Positions 28,263 to 37,554 of a stretch of 64,000 bases of DNA are shown here, piece after piece (the first letter of the stretch is position 1; each line of letters begins with the position of its first letter). This DNA is from Candidatus Peregrinibacteria bacterium. Lineage in GTDB: Bacteria; Patescibacteriota; Gracilibacteria; UBA1369; LOWO2-01-FULL-3. The stretch spans positions 9,274-73,273 of the forward strand of contig JABIJZ010000010.1 in assembly GCA_018655275.1 (NCBI GenBank), read 5' to 3'. The notes under the pieces are model-generated. The model saw nothing but the letters and a program-made list of their open reading frames with translations. It searched no databases and had not been told where the DNA came from. A program made the position numbers and the translations under genes.

Positions 28263-29080
28263 TTCAAAAGCTTAACCAGATTCTGTACCTGCAGATGATA
28301 ATCTTTTGCATAAGCAAAACCGTACATAGTTGCTCCCATTCTCACAGTCAAAAAGGCGACATGCTGCCTTCGCAAATCATTCATATAAAAACTAGCATCC
28401 CCAAATGTATTAGTTTCATTCACCTCAACTTCAAGTCCTTCCGAAGCTCTCACTTTCAAAACACTATAAAGCTCCCCAACAGTCCCAATATCCTGAGGAC
28501 GAATCACGTAGACTTTTGCATACGATTGCTGGCCATTCGTTATTGAATATTTATCAACATTAATCCCATACAAATCCCCAACAGTCACGGTCTTATACAA
28601 GAATCCATCGAAATCTTCAGGCTCAAGGTACGCTCCAGTAAATCCACTATTCTGAATTTGTTCATTGGTCAAATAAACCTTTGTAGCAGCATGATCGTAA
28701 CTACTAGAAAAATCCTCCAAATCAAAAGTAGAATCACCAAGTGAACCTCCACTCAACTCTCCAGTCGGCTCCAAAAACCCATCATTCTCAAAAACAAAAG
28801 TATCCAAAGAGTTTGAATCAAAACCAGTTCCAACAGGCGTTTCTTCTACAACTTCTCTTACAATTTCATTTGGGACATTAGTAAATTCATCAGCACCCAA
28901 AACATTCGCATTTATCGCTGCAGAAATATCCAACTCATTCGGCAAATTATACCCACCATCATCATTAGCATTCTCCGTTCCGCCCTGAACCTCAGGCAAA
29001 TATTCATTAACAAACATCTCAGCCGCAACGACCACAACGATTATTGTAAGTATGACTGTGAAGACAGTGAACTTTTGCAT
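28259..29080 (-). CDS. Hypothetical N-terminally anchored extracytoplasmic protein
   Basis: Has an N-terminal TM segment (FTVFTVILTIIVVVVAAEMF) followed by a 240-aa acidic, Asn/Gly-rich domain. No homology recognised. Confidence 0.5.
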   Translation of the reverse strand: MQKFTVFTVILTIIVVVVAAEMFVNEYLPEVQGGTENANDDGGYNLPNELDISAAINANVLGADEFTNVPNEIVREVVEETPVGTGFDSNSLDTFVFENDGFLEPTGELSGGSLGDSTFDLEDFSSSYDHAATKVYLTNEQIQNSGFTGAYLEPEDFDGFLYKTVTVGDLYGINVDKYSITNGQQSYAKVYVIRPQDIGTVGELYSVLKVRASEGLEVEVNETNTFGDASFYMNDLRRQHVAFLTVRMGATMYGFAYAKDYHLQVQNLVKLLN

Positions 29081-29116
29081 GAGGCTATTTTATATTGCTC
29101 GATAAAAAAGTGCAAT

Positions 29117-29144
29117 AGTCACAGGAAGCGAAGCGATCCTGTGA
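29117..29144. repeat. GC-rich hairpin downstream of nusG, related to 25612..25641 in inverted orientation
   Basis: GTCACAGGAAGCGAAGCGATCCTGTGAC has a 9-bp stem GTCACAGGA/TCCTGTGAC. A second hairpin, GCTTGCC-GCATA-GGCAAGC, follows at 29149-29167. Confidence 0.5.
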
Positions 29145-29176
29145 CAGAAGCTTGCCGCATAGGCAAGCGCAAAAAG

Positions 29177-29722
29177 CTATTTAGTCTTAACCTGAGTGAA
29201 GTCCAATTCAACAGGAGTCTCTCGTCCAAAGATTGTTATCAATACTTTGACTTTACCCTTGTCTTCATCAACAGTGCTGACCACACCATCGTAATTTGCG
29301 AAAGGTCCGTCCAAAACAGTGACAGGATCTTCAACTTTGAATTCGATTTTGAATTTAGGCTCAGCTTTACCCATAGTTTTCTTCACAACATGCCATTCTT
29401 CAGCTGAAACAGGCACAGGAATAGTTCCACTTCCCACAAATCCAGTGACATTTGGAGTATTTCGTACGGCATACCAACTATCATCATTCACAATCATATC
29501 TACCAAAACATACCCAGGAAAAATTTTCTTCTCCTCAGTAACGGGCTCACCCTTTTTGATTACAATCTGAGTTTCTTTTGGCACAACAACATCAAAAATC
29601 AAATCTTGCATTCCAAGAGATTCGATACGTTGTAGAAGAGCTTCACGCACAGCGTCTTCATATCCACTATAAGTGTGGATAACGTACCAATTCCTACCTG
29701 TTCCTTCGACTTGTCGAGCCAT
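29177..29722 (-). CDS. nusG: Transcription termination/antitermination factor NusG
   Basis: NWYVIHTYSGYEDAV forms the NGN domain. The C-terminal KOW is GDPVTVLDGPFANYDGVV. Confidence 0.9.
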   Translation of the reverse strand: MARQVEGTGRNWYVIHTYSGYEDAVREALLQRIESLGMQDLIFDVVVPKETQIVIKKGEPVTEEKKIFPGYVLVDMIVNDDSWYAVRNTPNVTGFVGSGTIPVPVSAEEWHVVKKTMGKAEPKFKIEFKVEDPVTVLDGPFANYDGVVSTVDEDKGKVKVLITIFGRETPVELDFTQVKTK

Positions 29723-29764
29723 AAATTAAGGGGTTAAACACGCCCAGCGCTAGAGCGCCAGTCA

Positions 29765-29986
29765 TTATTTTGCAGCGTACTCCAATAAAGATAAATATCC
29801 TTTGTTCGCAAGATAATCAACCAATGTCAAAAAGATCGCAAAAACAAATGTGAATCCCAAAACAATTGCGGTCAGTCTCACAGCCTGATTCTTGGTCGGC
29901 CAAGTGACTTTAGTCAACTCTTGGATACTACTTTTCACGTAGTTCACGAATTTGTTATTTTTTGCAGCGCTTTTTATATCAGCCAT
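29765..29986 (-). CDS. secE: Preprotein translocase subunit SecE
   Basis: A 73-aa protein with VKSSIQELTKVTWPTKNQAVRLTAIVLGFTFVFAIFL, lying immediately upstream of nusG in the conserved arrangement. Confidence 0.8.
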   Translation of the reverse strand: MADIKSAAKNNKFVNYVKSSIQELTKVTWPTKNQAVRLTAIVLGFTFVFAIFLTLVDYLANKGYLSLLEYAAK

Positions 29987-30175
29987 GGTTTTATTATTAA
30001 TAATTTCCGATTAATTCCAATTACTGCGATTTTAGACGCGATATCCTTTTTTTTCAACCATTTTAACCAAAAAAAGCCCCCGAGAACTTTATCTACGCAT
30101 CTGAAATACAAACAAAGTGTACAACCTTTGGAGAAAAAACGCAAGAAAATTCAAGTGGTGGTGTGGAATGGTGTA

Positions 30176-30254
30176 TTCCGGACAAAGGGGATTCTTAAGT
30201 ATTGTCCGGTATATCACCCCGGACAACACCTAAAAACACAAGCCTTCCGGGGCC
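30176..30254 (+). promoter_or_regulatory. Conserved CCGGACAA-repeat element, copy B
   Basis: CCGGACAAAGGGGATTCTTAAGTATTGTCCGGTATATCACCCCGGACAACACCTA matches copy A (16505..16590) at 50 of 55 positions. It lies about 170 nt upstream of the first pilin-module gene. Confidence 0.55.
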
Positions 30255-30292
30255 TTCTTTGCAAATTCTCACCCTCCACCATCACCTAACCC

Positions 30293-30321
30293 TTTACCCA
30301 AACCTAAAAAAATGATATAAT
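30293..30321 (+). promoter_or_regulatory. Candidate promoter with extended -10 for the pilin-module/PKD locus
   Basis: TTTACC (30293-30298), a 17-nt spacer, then TGATATAAT (TATAAT at 30316-30321). Confidence 0.4.
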
Positions 30322-30345
30322 AATACGATAAATAAAAACACAAAA

Positions 30346-31401
30346 ATGCTAAAAAAGATTTTCAAATTCCTTCTGGAGGCCGGAGTAATAACAGGCCTAA
30401 TCTTAATGTTTATCCAAGTTCCAATCACATTGGCGGCAACAGCTCATTCCGCAACAACTGCGGCAATCGCAACAGAAACAGAAGTTCAAGACTCAATGCT
30501 TCTGGCGGCAACAACTTCAAAAACTTCAATCCCGTTGCCAGACGGCTCAAGGTACGAATACATTCCAACACCTGCCGCAGGGCAAACAGCCAAGCAAACA
30601 ATATCAGTAGTAATAGAGCAAGCGATAGGTTATTTCAAAATTCTGATAGGAGGTGTGGCGATAGGATTTATAATCTTTTCGGGAACAAGACTAGTGGTAT
30701 CAGGAGGGGACGAAGAGGCAATCAAAAAAGGAACAAAAGGACTTTTATTTAGTATAGCGGCCCTCGCGATAATTTCATTATCCGAAGAGGTCGGAGTTTT
30801 GGTCGGATTTTTCCAAGGGGAAACCCCGACAGGAGGTATAATCAAAAGCCCAGGAGAAATCTTGAGACGAGTACACATTTTCGATAGACAGGTGGAAATC
30901 GTAATGACATTTATAAAATACTTAATAGGATCGTTGGCAGTACTCATGATTGTAGTCAACGGAGTGAAGTTGGTGGTAGGTGGCGGTGAAGAAGAAAATA
31001 CAAAAAAGGCGAGGAACGGAGTTGTATACTCACTTCTTGGATTAGTTTTATTGGTTTTCGGAAGCACTTTGATCAATGACGTTTTCTACAAAGTGGACAA
31101 AAACGTCTACTCTGGAATGGAATCAGTTACGCCAACAGTAGACCTAGCAAGAGGTGTGAACGAAATAGTCGGTATCACGAACTTCATAGTAAGTTATGTA
31201 GGTCCGGTGCTCCTATTGTTATTGTTAATTGGAGGGGTTCTATACCTGACTTCGGGAGGGGAAGAAGAGAATATGAATAGAGCAAAAAGATTGATAATCG
31301 CGGCACTAATAGGTGTGGTCGTAATATATGGGGCGTTTGCTGTCGTGAGTACGATAGTCTCAGGCTCATTTTCTGCAACCGCAAATGAATTAATAACTTA
31401 G
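30346..31401 (+). CDS. Membrane protein with three tandem VirB2/TrbC-like (CPR T4SS-pilin-type) two-TM modules
   Basis: The modules lie at aa 93-147, 185-243 and 276-336. Each is hydrophobic helix - GG(D/E)EE..(K/R)KA(K/R) loop - hydrophobic helix, for example FIKYLIGSLAVLMIVVNGVKLVVGGGEEENTKKARNGVVYSLLGLVLLVF. Confidence 0.7.
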   Translation: MLKKIFKFLLEAGVITGLILMFIQVPITLAATAHSATTAAIATETEVQDSMLLAATTSKTSIPLPDGSRYEYIPTPAAGQTAKQTISVVIEQAIGYFKILIGGVAIGFIIFSGTRLVVSGGDEEAIKKGTKGLLFSIAALAIISLSEEVGVLVGFFQGETPTGGIIKSPGEILRRVHIFDRQVEIVMTFIKYLIGSLAVLMIVVNGVKLVVGGGEEENTKKARNGVVYSLLGLVLLVFGSTLINDVFYKVDKNVYSGMESVTPTVDLARGVNEIVGITNFIVSYVGPVLLLLLLIGGVLYLTSGGEEENMNRAKRLIIAALIGVVVIYGAFAVVSTIVSGSFSATANELIT

Positions 31402-31408
31402 CAGCCTA

Positions 31409-32452
31409 ATGAAAAACCAAATTAAAAAATGGACAAAAAGATTCGTAATAGCGTTTTTGCTAATAAATTTGGGCCTAACAACTTACACAACATATGCGGC
31501 AGATGATGAAGCAAATCCCGCGGACGCACCTCAAAGCATGGGAGAAATAGACCCAAGAATGGCGCCATCGGGACAATTGCTGGAAGTCGGAGGGAGTACA
31601 GGATTACCTGATTTTAATCTCGGTAGTGGGCAGCACCCGGATGCACCGACAGACGCTGAGTACGCAGGTGCGGGAACAATAGGAAGTGTGATTTATTTCT
31701 TGTTAGATTTGTTCAAATATCTGATGAGCGGTGTCGCGATAGTGATGATTATTGTGTATGCGATACGATTCATTGTTCAAGGAAGCAACGAAGAGGACAT
31801 AAAGAAAGTTCAGAAAGGGCTGGGAGTTTCGATCGCTGGATTGATAGTGATTCAGTTGGCAGACATATTGGTGAAACAGGTCTTCTTTGGAGATTACGGA
31901 GAAGTTTTGGAAGATAAAACGAGCGCTCAGATGTTTGCTGAAGCAGGAAGTGATCAAATCAGAGGCATCATAGGGTTCATCCAATTTGGACTCGGTGCAA
32001 TTGCGGTACTTATGATAATTATAAACGGACTCAGGATAATGGTTACAGGTATGAATGAAGAAGGAAGGAAAAAAGCTTTGAAAAACATCGGATTTGCTGT
32101 TGGAGGATTGATACTAATAGCATTGTCAGAGGTTGTAGTGAGAGCATTCGTATTTCCGGACCAAGGAGATTCACTGCCTTCAGTTGATGCTGGCCAGTCA
32201 TTGATAATGATGCTTACCAACTTTATATCCGGATTTGTGGCAGTACTTTCATTCGTGATGTTACTATACGCAGGATACCTATATGTAGTTGCGGGAACAG
32301 ACGACACAACAAAGGACAAAGTAAAAAAAATACTAACAGGCGCAATTATAGGAATTGTTTTATCATTGAGCGCCTATGCAATAACAAACACGCTGGTCAG
32401 GTTTGAAGAACCAAACGAATACATACCAGCCGGAGAAAATATTGTGAATTAA
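31409..32452 (+). CDS. Paralogous membrane protein with three tandem VirB2/TrbC-like two-TM modules
   Basis: Has a signal/anchor, then three modules: LFKYLMSGVAIVMIIVYAIRFIVQGSNEEDIKKVQKGLGVSIAGLIVI, FIQFGLGAIAVLMIIINGLRIMVTGMNEEGRKKALKNIGFAVGGLILI and FISGFVAVLSFVMLLYAGYLYVVAGTDDTTKDKVKKILTGAIIGIVLS. Confidence 0.7.
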   Translation: MKNQIKKWTKRFVIAFLLINLGLTTYTTYAADDEANPADAPQSMGEIDPRMAPSGQLLEVGGSTGLPDFNLGSGQHPDAPTDAEYAGAGTIGSVIYFLLDLFKYLMSGVAIVMIIVYAIRFIVQGSNEEDIKKVQKGLGVSIAGLIVIQLADILVKQVFFGDYGEVLEDKTSAQMFAEAGSDQIRGIIGFIQFGLGAIAVLMIIINGLRIMVTGMNEEGRKKALKNIGFAVGGLILIALSEVVVRAFVFPDQGDSLPSVDAGQSLIMMLTNFISGFVAVLSFVMLLYAGYLYVVAGTDDTTKDKVKKILTGAIIGIVLSLSAYAITNTLVRFEEPNEYIPAGENIVN

Positions 32453-32512
32453 TTTTGAAAATATCACTTAGGAATATATAATTAACAATTGAAATAAATA
32501 GCCTCATATACT

Positions 32513-35500
32513 ATGAAAAAAATCAAGAAACTCTTACTAGCCTTAGGAATCAGTTCAATGCTGCTAGCTGGGTCATCTTTGGTGTTAGAACAAGTCCCAA
32601 ACACAGCACATGCTGGAGACGATATCTGCTCAGATATCAGCTCAGGATTTTTCCAATGTCCTACAGATGAAATTTCCTTCACAAAATACACAGGAGAATT
32701 GGTAAAAATTAGCCCAGAAGGCTACGACCCAGGTTTAACCAGAACTGGAAGTGTCCGAGAATTCATCCAGAAAATCGTGAATTATGCTCTGTCCTTCCTA
32801 GGATTAGTGGCAGTACTCTTGATTATATACGCTGGTGCAATGTATTTGACGGCAGGAAGTAATCAAGAAAATTCAGACAAAGCAAAGAAGACAATAGGAT
32901 ACACAGCGGCAGGATTACTTTTGATAATGGCTTCATATGCCATCGTCAACACCATCCTCACAGGCCCATTCGAAGGTGATAGGGCTACAGAGGGGGCAGT
33001 AGGAGGGTTGGCAGCAGAAGGCTTCAATGTCCACACAAAAGACATCATAGCTTCTGCGGAAAACGTAGTAAAAAGCTACAAATACCTAATAGACGGAGCT
33101 GAAACATTGAAAGTTTTGACAGAAGATGCACAAAAATCGAGTTTGGGCGGCTCACAAGTCTACGATAGTGGAAGTGAATCAGCCAAGATTTTTGGGGAAA
33201 CTAGTTCTATACCAAAAGTATCAAGATCATCAGTTTTGCAATACCTTAACGGAGCAAAAACAAAACTTCAAAATCTAAGATACCAAGCTCCAACATTCTC
33301 AAGCATACCAGTAAAAATCAATTTTATTACAAGATACATCGACCAAAAAATCGATGAAATCGAAAGTTTAAACAAAGTCGAGTATTTCAACGCAGATGGG
33401 CTAACAGCAACTGCGGACAAAGAAAACGACGCCTTTCTATGGATCGACAAACAAATCGACAAATCCGGCAAAGACATCGTTCTATACAAAGACGATCCAG
33501 GTAGCGCGAAACATCCACATGGAATGTATGACTACAACGGTGACAAAAAAGCAAATCTATACGAAATTTGGGACCACATAAGAAAAGAATTAATAGATGG
33601 ATCTCTCGTAGACGGAGAAAATTATTCAATTGCAACTATCATGGGCGAAATGAAAAAAGAATTCGCAGGTCCAAGCGACAAATTAGAAGCAGGCGGCTAT
33701 TTCGACACAGTAAGTTGTTCAGCTGCAGGGACACCAAAAGTAGACTCAGAAGGCAAGGTTGTTCTTGACGCAAATGGCAACGTCACATGGGAAAAAGGAG
33801 GAGAACCTGCGGAAGGAATGTTAGCTAAACAATATTGTGTACTTAAGAATGTATATACAGAAATAAGCCGGTTGGATATTTTCCAAAACACAGTAATCCC
33901 ACAGCTATACAATACATTGAGTGCCTCATTTGATTTACTGGGACAAGAAGTGTGGAATGAGAATTTTATAGAAAATCCATCATTTGCAAACGAGCATTTG
34001 GTATCAATTATCCAGACCGAAGACGAGCTGGTAAAATCGATAAAAGACATCAAGTTTGTACAAACAAAACTTGTTGCAAGTACAGTAGAGGGTACATCTC
34101 CATTGATCGTGCATTTCGACGTATTGAACTCACAAGATCCGTCAGGGGAAGCAGTCACAGAAGAACGAATTGCTTGGGATTTAATGGGCGATGGATTTAA
34201 CACAGCAGACACAAGATGTTACTCAACTTTCAAGACTCCAGCTGAGGCAGATGAGTCAGACGGATTCCTGAATTATTGCGTGTACGACAGGCCGGGATTA
34301 TACAGAGCTACAGCCAAAATCCTTTCAAGCAATCCAGCAGAATACGCAGCTGGAATAAGCACAATTGATATCAAAGTCCGACCTCCTGACACATTGATCG
34401 CGCTTAGCGCATCTCACAACGGAGTGGCCGAGCCAATTTGGCTAATAGACTACGGAAAAGAAGGCGAGGATGGATACGAAGGAGTTTTGAGAACTTCAAA
34501 AGACTCAATCAAACTCCCACTAAAATTCGCAGAAGACCCCGGAATAACATTTAGTGCTAAAAGAACAGCGGATCTTGGAGGCCAAGGCGACGGACAAACA
34601 ATCATAAACTACAAATGGGATTTCGGAGATGGAACTTCGGAAGAAGGCCCAACAAAAATAGAAGTGGAAGACAAAGAATATGACAACGAAGGCGTCTACA
34701 CAGTGACTCTTGAAGTTGTCGAAGCAGACGGTAGCAGCGCAAGAAAGATGTTCAACGTAGTTGTTGGATCGCCAGCTGCACACATCAAAATGTCTCCAGG
34801 CAAAAAGACATTCAATCTTGGAGAGACAGCCTCATTCGACGCTTCACGATCATCAACTGACGAAGGAAAAATCACTTCATACGAGTGGGAGTTAACAAAA
34901 AAAGCAGTAACTTTGGACTCAAATGGCGATGCCATCGTTCCAAACGATAACGACACAGTGGAAACATATAATGAAGAAGCAGAGAAATCTTCAGAAAAAG
35001 TATTTAATCACAAATTCACAGAAACCGGTCTCTACAAAATAGAGCTTAAAGTAACTGATTCATTGGACAATACAGACGACATAGATGTCTCAGAAATACT
35101 TGTTGTTTCTCAGCCACCAGTGCCTCTGTTCTCATATACTGTGCCGGACAAAAACACTCCATCTGAGTACCATTTTGACTCTTCAAAAACATATGATCCA
35201 GACGGAGATATCGATACGGATAGTGTGATCAAATACAAATGGACAATCGAACCAAACACCGAAGACAAAGTCACAGTAGAAGGCGGAGAGACCTCTCTCT
35301 TAAAAGAAAATCCAATAGTAACTTTCGAAGAAGCAGGTGATTATAAAGTCACTTTGACAGTTTCAAACGACGAACCAAACTCAGAAGAAGTTTCACTAGA
35401 AAAAACACTCACAATCGAAAACGTCCTCGACGTAAAGTGGTCGAAACAATCAGGCGAAGAGCTTACAACTTCTACAATAATGCTGGACGAAGAAGGCAAA

Positions 35501-37540
35501 GCTGAAGTCACAGTCGCTTTCGAAAGCAAAAGAGCAATCGCCTACGAAGTTAATTTCGGAGACGGCGAAACATCTACAGGCGAGATCGAAAAAAACGGCG
35601 GCCCAACAAAAGCTTTCCACACATACAGAGAGTCAGGAAAATTCAACATAAAAGTTACAGTCTACGATGAGACTGACGCCTCAAATGACATAATCAGGAA
35701 AGTATTCGTGGGGAACGGAAAAAGCCCAGTGGCTAAGATAAAAGTATTTATAAATGGAGAGGAATACGTTGGATACGAAGAGCCTCTAATGATCAGCAGA
35801 GCGGACGTTATAACATTCGATTCTTCTGACTCAAAAAACACAGACGGAACAGGCAGAGACTTGAAATACGTTTGGGATTTCGGAGACGGGGACAAAAGTA
35901 CAAAAAGAACAGTCTTCCACAAATTCGACGAAGTCAGCCCAACTCCTCCAGGATTTTATTGGGTAAAATTAATCATTTACGACAAAGACGATCCAACTCC
36001 AAGTCTAGACGACCTTGAGGAAGGAAAAACAGAAAAAGGCGACCTAGCCAAATTGAAGATAAACGTGGAACCAAAAGACCCACAATTCTCTTCACTACAA
36101 GCAATTCCAGCAATGGGAGAAGACTTGGTAACGCCAGTGGGAGTTAACCTTTCTGTATACGGTGCAAAAGACCCAGACGGGAAAATCACCCAATACAAAT
36201 GGTGGTACTACGACATCGAAAATGCTGACGAAGAGCTAGGACTTCAAGTTACACAGTCACCAACAGCAGCCATAACAATAGGTACAAACGGTGAAGAAGG
36301 AGAGCCAAAAACATACAGATTTGGTGTCGCAATTACAGATAACGAAAACAACACAGTAATGTCAGAAGGTGCAGACGACGAAGACAAGAATCAGCTTCCA
36401 CAAAACATGATTCCGGAGCAAGACGTGACGAACGGACCAAATTCAGTGCCTCTTGCGAAATTCTCAGTAGACAGAACAAAAGTCTTCGCGGGCGATCCAG
36501 TTAACTTCTCATCAAGCTCAAAAGACAAAGACGGTAAAATCGCAGAATACATTTGGGATTTCAAAGGAGACGGATTCTTCAATGACGCAGGGAAGCCAGA
36601 ATACAACAAAGCAACAGTCTCATACACATACGACGAGAAAAATCTAAACGGATACAAAGTTCGACTGAAAATTGTGGATAACGAAGGCGCAGAAGCTGTA
36701 TCTCAGCCAATTAGCGTGTTCATAGACTCAAATGCAAATCCACCAAAAGCGGCGTTCAAACACGAAGTCATAGGTGGTAAAACAGTCCAATTCACAAACA
36801 ATTCAGAAGCTGACTCAGAAGCCGACGCATCAATAAAAGAATACAAATGGGATTTCGACATCGCTTCTCAGTTCGATTCAGCCGATGCAGATGGCGACGG
36901 AACAAAAGACAACGATTTCGAATCTGATGAGAAAAATCCGACATTCACATACGATGAATTCGGAATCTATCAAGTAAAATTGACAGTCAAAGACGACAAA
37001 GGAAACGTTGAGTCAGTTACCAATATGGTGAACGTAACAGCCCTCTCAGGACCTGGAAGTGCAAGCGGCGGAACAATGGGCGACAGCCTACTTGGCACAC
37101 CAGCAGGCGGAACATCAACGCAAGATCCTCTGACACTAACAGGAGGAACTACATTAGGAGGTCTAGACGCTGAGCCAGGCGCAGGAATTGGCACATCAGC
37201 TGGCGCAGGAACAACTTTGTCAGGACTTCAAGCAATATTGATTTCAAACCCACTTCCAAATAATCAAGGAGTGGTAGCTCTTCCAGGAGACGCAGGCGAA
37301 ATCACTTTCGATTTCTCTCAATCAAACGGAAATATCGCATACTATATATTAGATAAAAATATTTATTTCGACACAAACGGTGACGGAATGAAAAACAATG
37401 ACGCAGATTTCAAAACTAGTCTTCCCGGACAATGGACTACCAATTTTGAGGAAGAATGGGGTAAGATCGTAGTAAAGTTAACCGTGACTGATTTGGATGG
37501 AAATTCTCATTCAACAGTACAAGAAGTCACATTTAAATAA
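32513..37540 (+). CDS. Giant (1675 aa) surface protein: signal peptide, one VirB2/TrbC-like two-TM module, then about 10 PKD-type Ig repeats
   Basis: The N-terminal module is at aa 83-150 (IVNYALSFLGLVAVLLIIYAGAMYLTAGSNQENSDKAKKTIGYTAAGLLLIMASYAIV). PKD signatures recur: WDLMGDGF, WDFGDGTSEEG, VNFGDGETS, WDFGDGDKS, WDFKGDGFF, YKWDFD, each followed by Y.V.L.V.D. Confidence 0.8.
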   Translation: MKKIKKLLLALGISSMLLAGSSLVLEQVPNTAHAGDDICSDISSGFFQCPTDEISFTKYTGELVKISPEGYDPGLTRTGSVREFIQKIVNYALSFLGLVAVLLIIYAGAMYLTAGSNQENSDKAKKTIGYTAAGLLLIMASYAIVNTILTGPFEGDRATEGAVGGLAAEGFNVHTKDIIASAENVVKSYKYLIDGAETLKVLTEDAQKSSLGGSQVYDSGSESAKIFGETSSIPKVSRSSVLQYLNGAKTKLQNLRYQAPTFSSIPVKINFITRYIDQKIDEIESLNKVEYFNADGLTATADKENDAFLWIDKQIDKSGKDIVLYKDDPGSAKHPHGMYDYNGDKKANLYEIWDHIRKELIDGSLVDGENYSIATIMGEMKKEFAGPSDKLEAGGYFDTVSCSAAGTPKVDSEGKVVLDANGNVTWEKGGEPAEGMLAKQYCVLKNVYTEISRLDIFQNTVIPQLYNTLSASFDLLGQEVWNENFIENPSFANEHLVSIIQTEDELVKSIKDIKFVQTKLVASTVEGTSPLIVHFDVLNSQDPSGEAVTEERIAWDLMGDGFNTADTRCYSTFKTPAEADESDGFLNYCVYDRPGLYRATAKILSSNPAEYAAGISTIDIKVRPPDTLIALSASHNGVAEPIWLIDYGKEGEDGYEGVLRTSKDSIKLPLKFAEDPGITFSAKRTADLGGQGDGQTIINYKWDFGDGTSEEGPTKIEVEDKEYDNEGVYTVTLEVVEADGSSARKMFNVVVGSPAAHIKMSPGKKTFNLGETASFDASRSSTDEGKITSYEWELTKKAVTLDSNGDAIVPNDNDTVETYNEEAEKSSEKVFNHKFTETGLYKIELKVTDSLDNTDDIDVSEILVVSQPPVPLFSYTVPDKNTPSEYHFDSSKTYDPDGDIDTDSVIKYKWTIEPNTEDKVTVEGGETSLLKENPIVTFEEAGDYKVTLTVSNDEPNSEEVSLEKTLTIENVLDVKWSKQSGEELTTSTIMLDEEGKAEVTVAFESKRAIAYEVNFGDGETSTGEIEKNGGPTKAFHTYRESGKFNIKVTVYDETDASNDIIRKVFVGNGKSPVAKIKVFINGEEYVGYEEPLMISRADVITFDSSDSKNTDGTGRDLKYVWDFGDGDKSTKRTVFHKFDEVSPTPPGFYWVKLIIYDKDDPTPSLDDLEEGKTEKGDLAKLKINVEPKDPQFSSLQAIPAMGEDLVTPVGVNLSVYGAKDPDGKITQYKWWYYDIENADEELGLQVTQSPTAAITIGTNGEEGEPKTYRFGVAITDNENNTVMSEGADDEDKNQLPQNMIPEQDVTNGPNSVPLAKFSVDRTKVFAGDPVNFSSSSKDKDGKIAEYIWDFKGDGFFNDAGKPEYNKATVSYTYDEKNLNGYKVRLKIVDNEGAEAVSQPISVFIDSNANPPKAAFKHEVIGGKTVQFTNNSEADSEADASIKEYKWDFDIASQFDSADADGDGTKDNDFESDEKNPTFTYDEFGIYQVKLTVKDDKGNVESVTNMVNVTALSGPGSASGGTMGDSLLGTPAGGTSTQDPLTLTGGTTLGGLDAEPGAGIGTSAGAGTTLSGLQAILISNPLPNNQGVVALPGDAGEITFDFSQSNGNIAYYILDKNIYFDTNGDGMKNNDADFKTSLPGQWTTNFEEEWGKIVVKLTVTDLDGNSHSTVQEVTFK

Positions 37541-37554
37541 ATAACCTTATTTCT

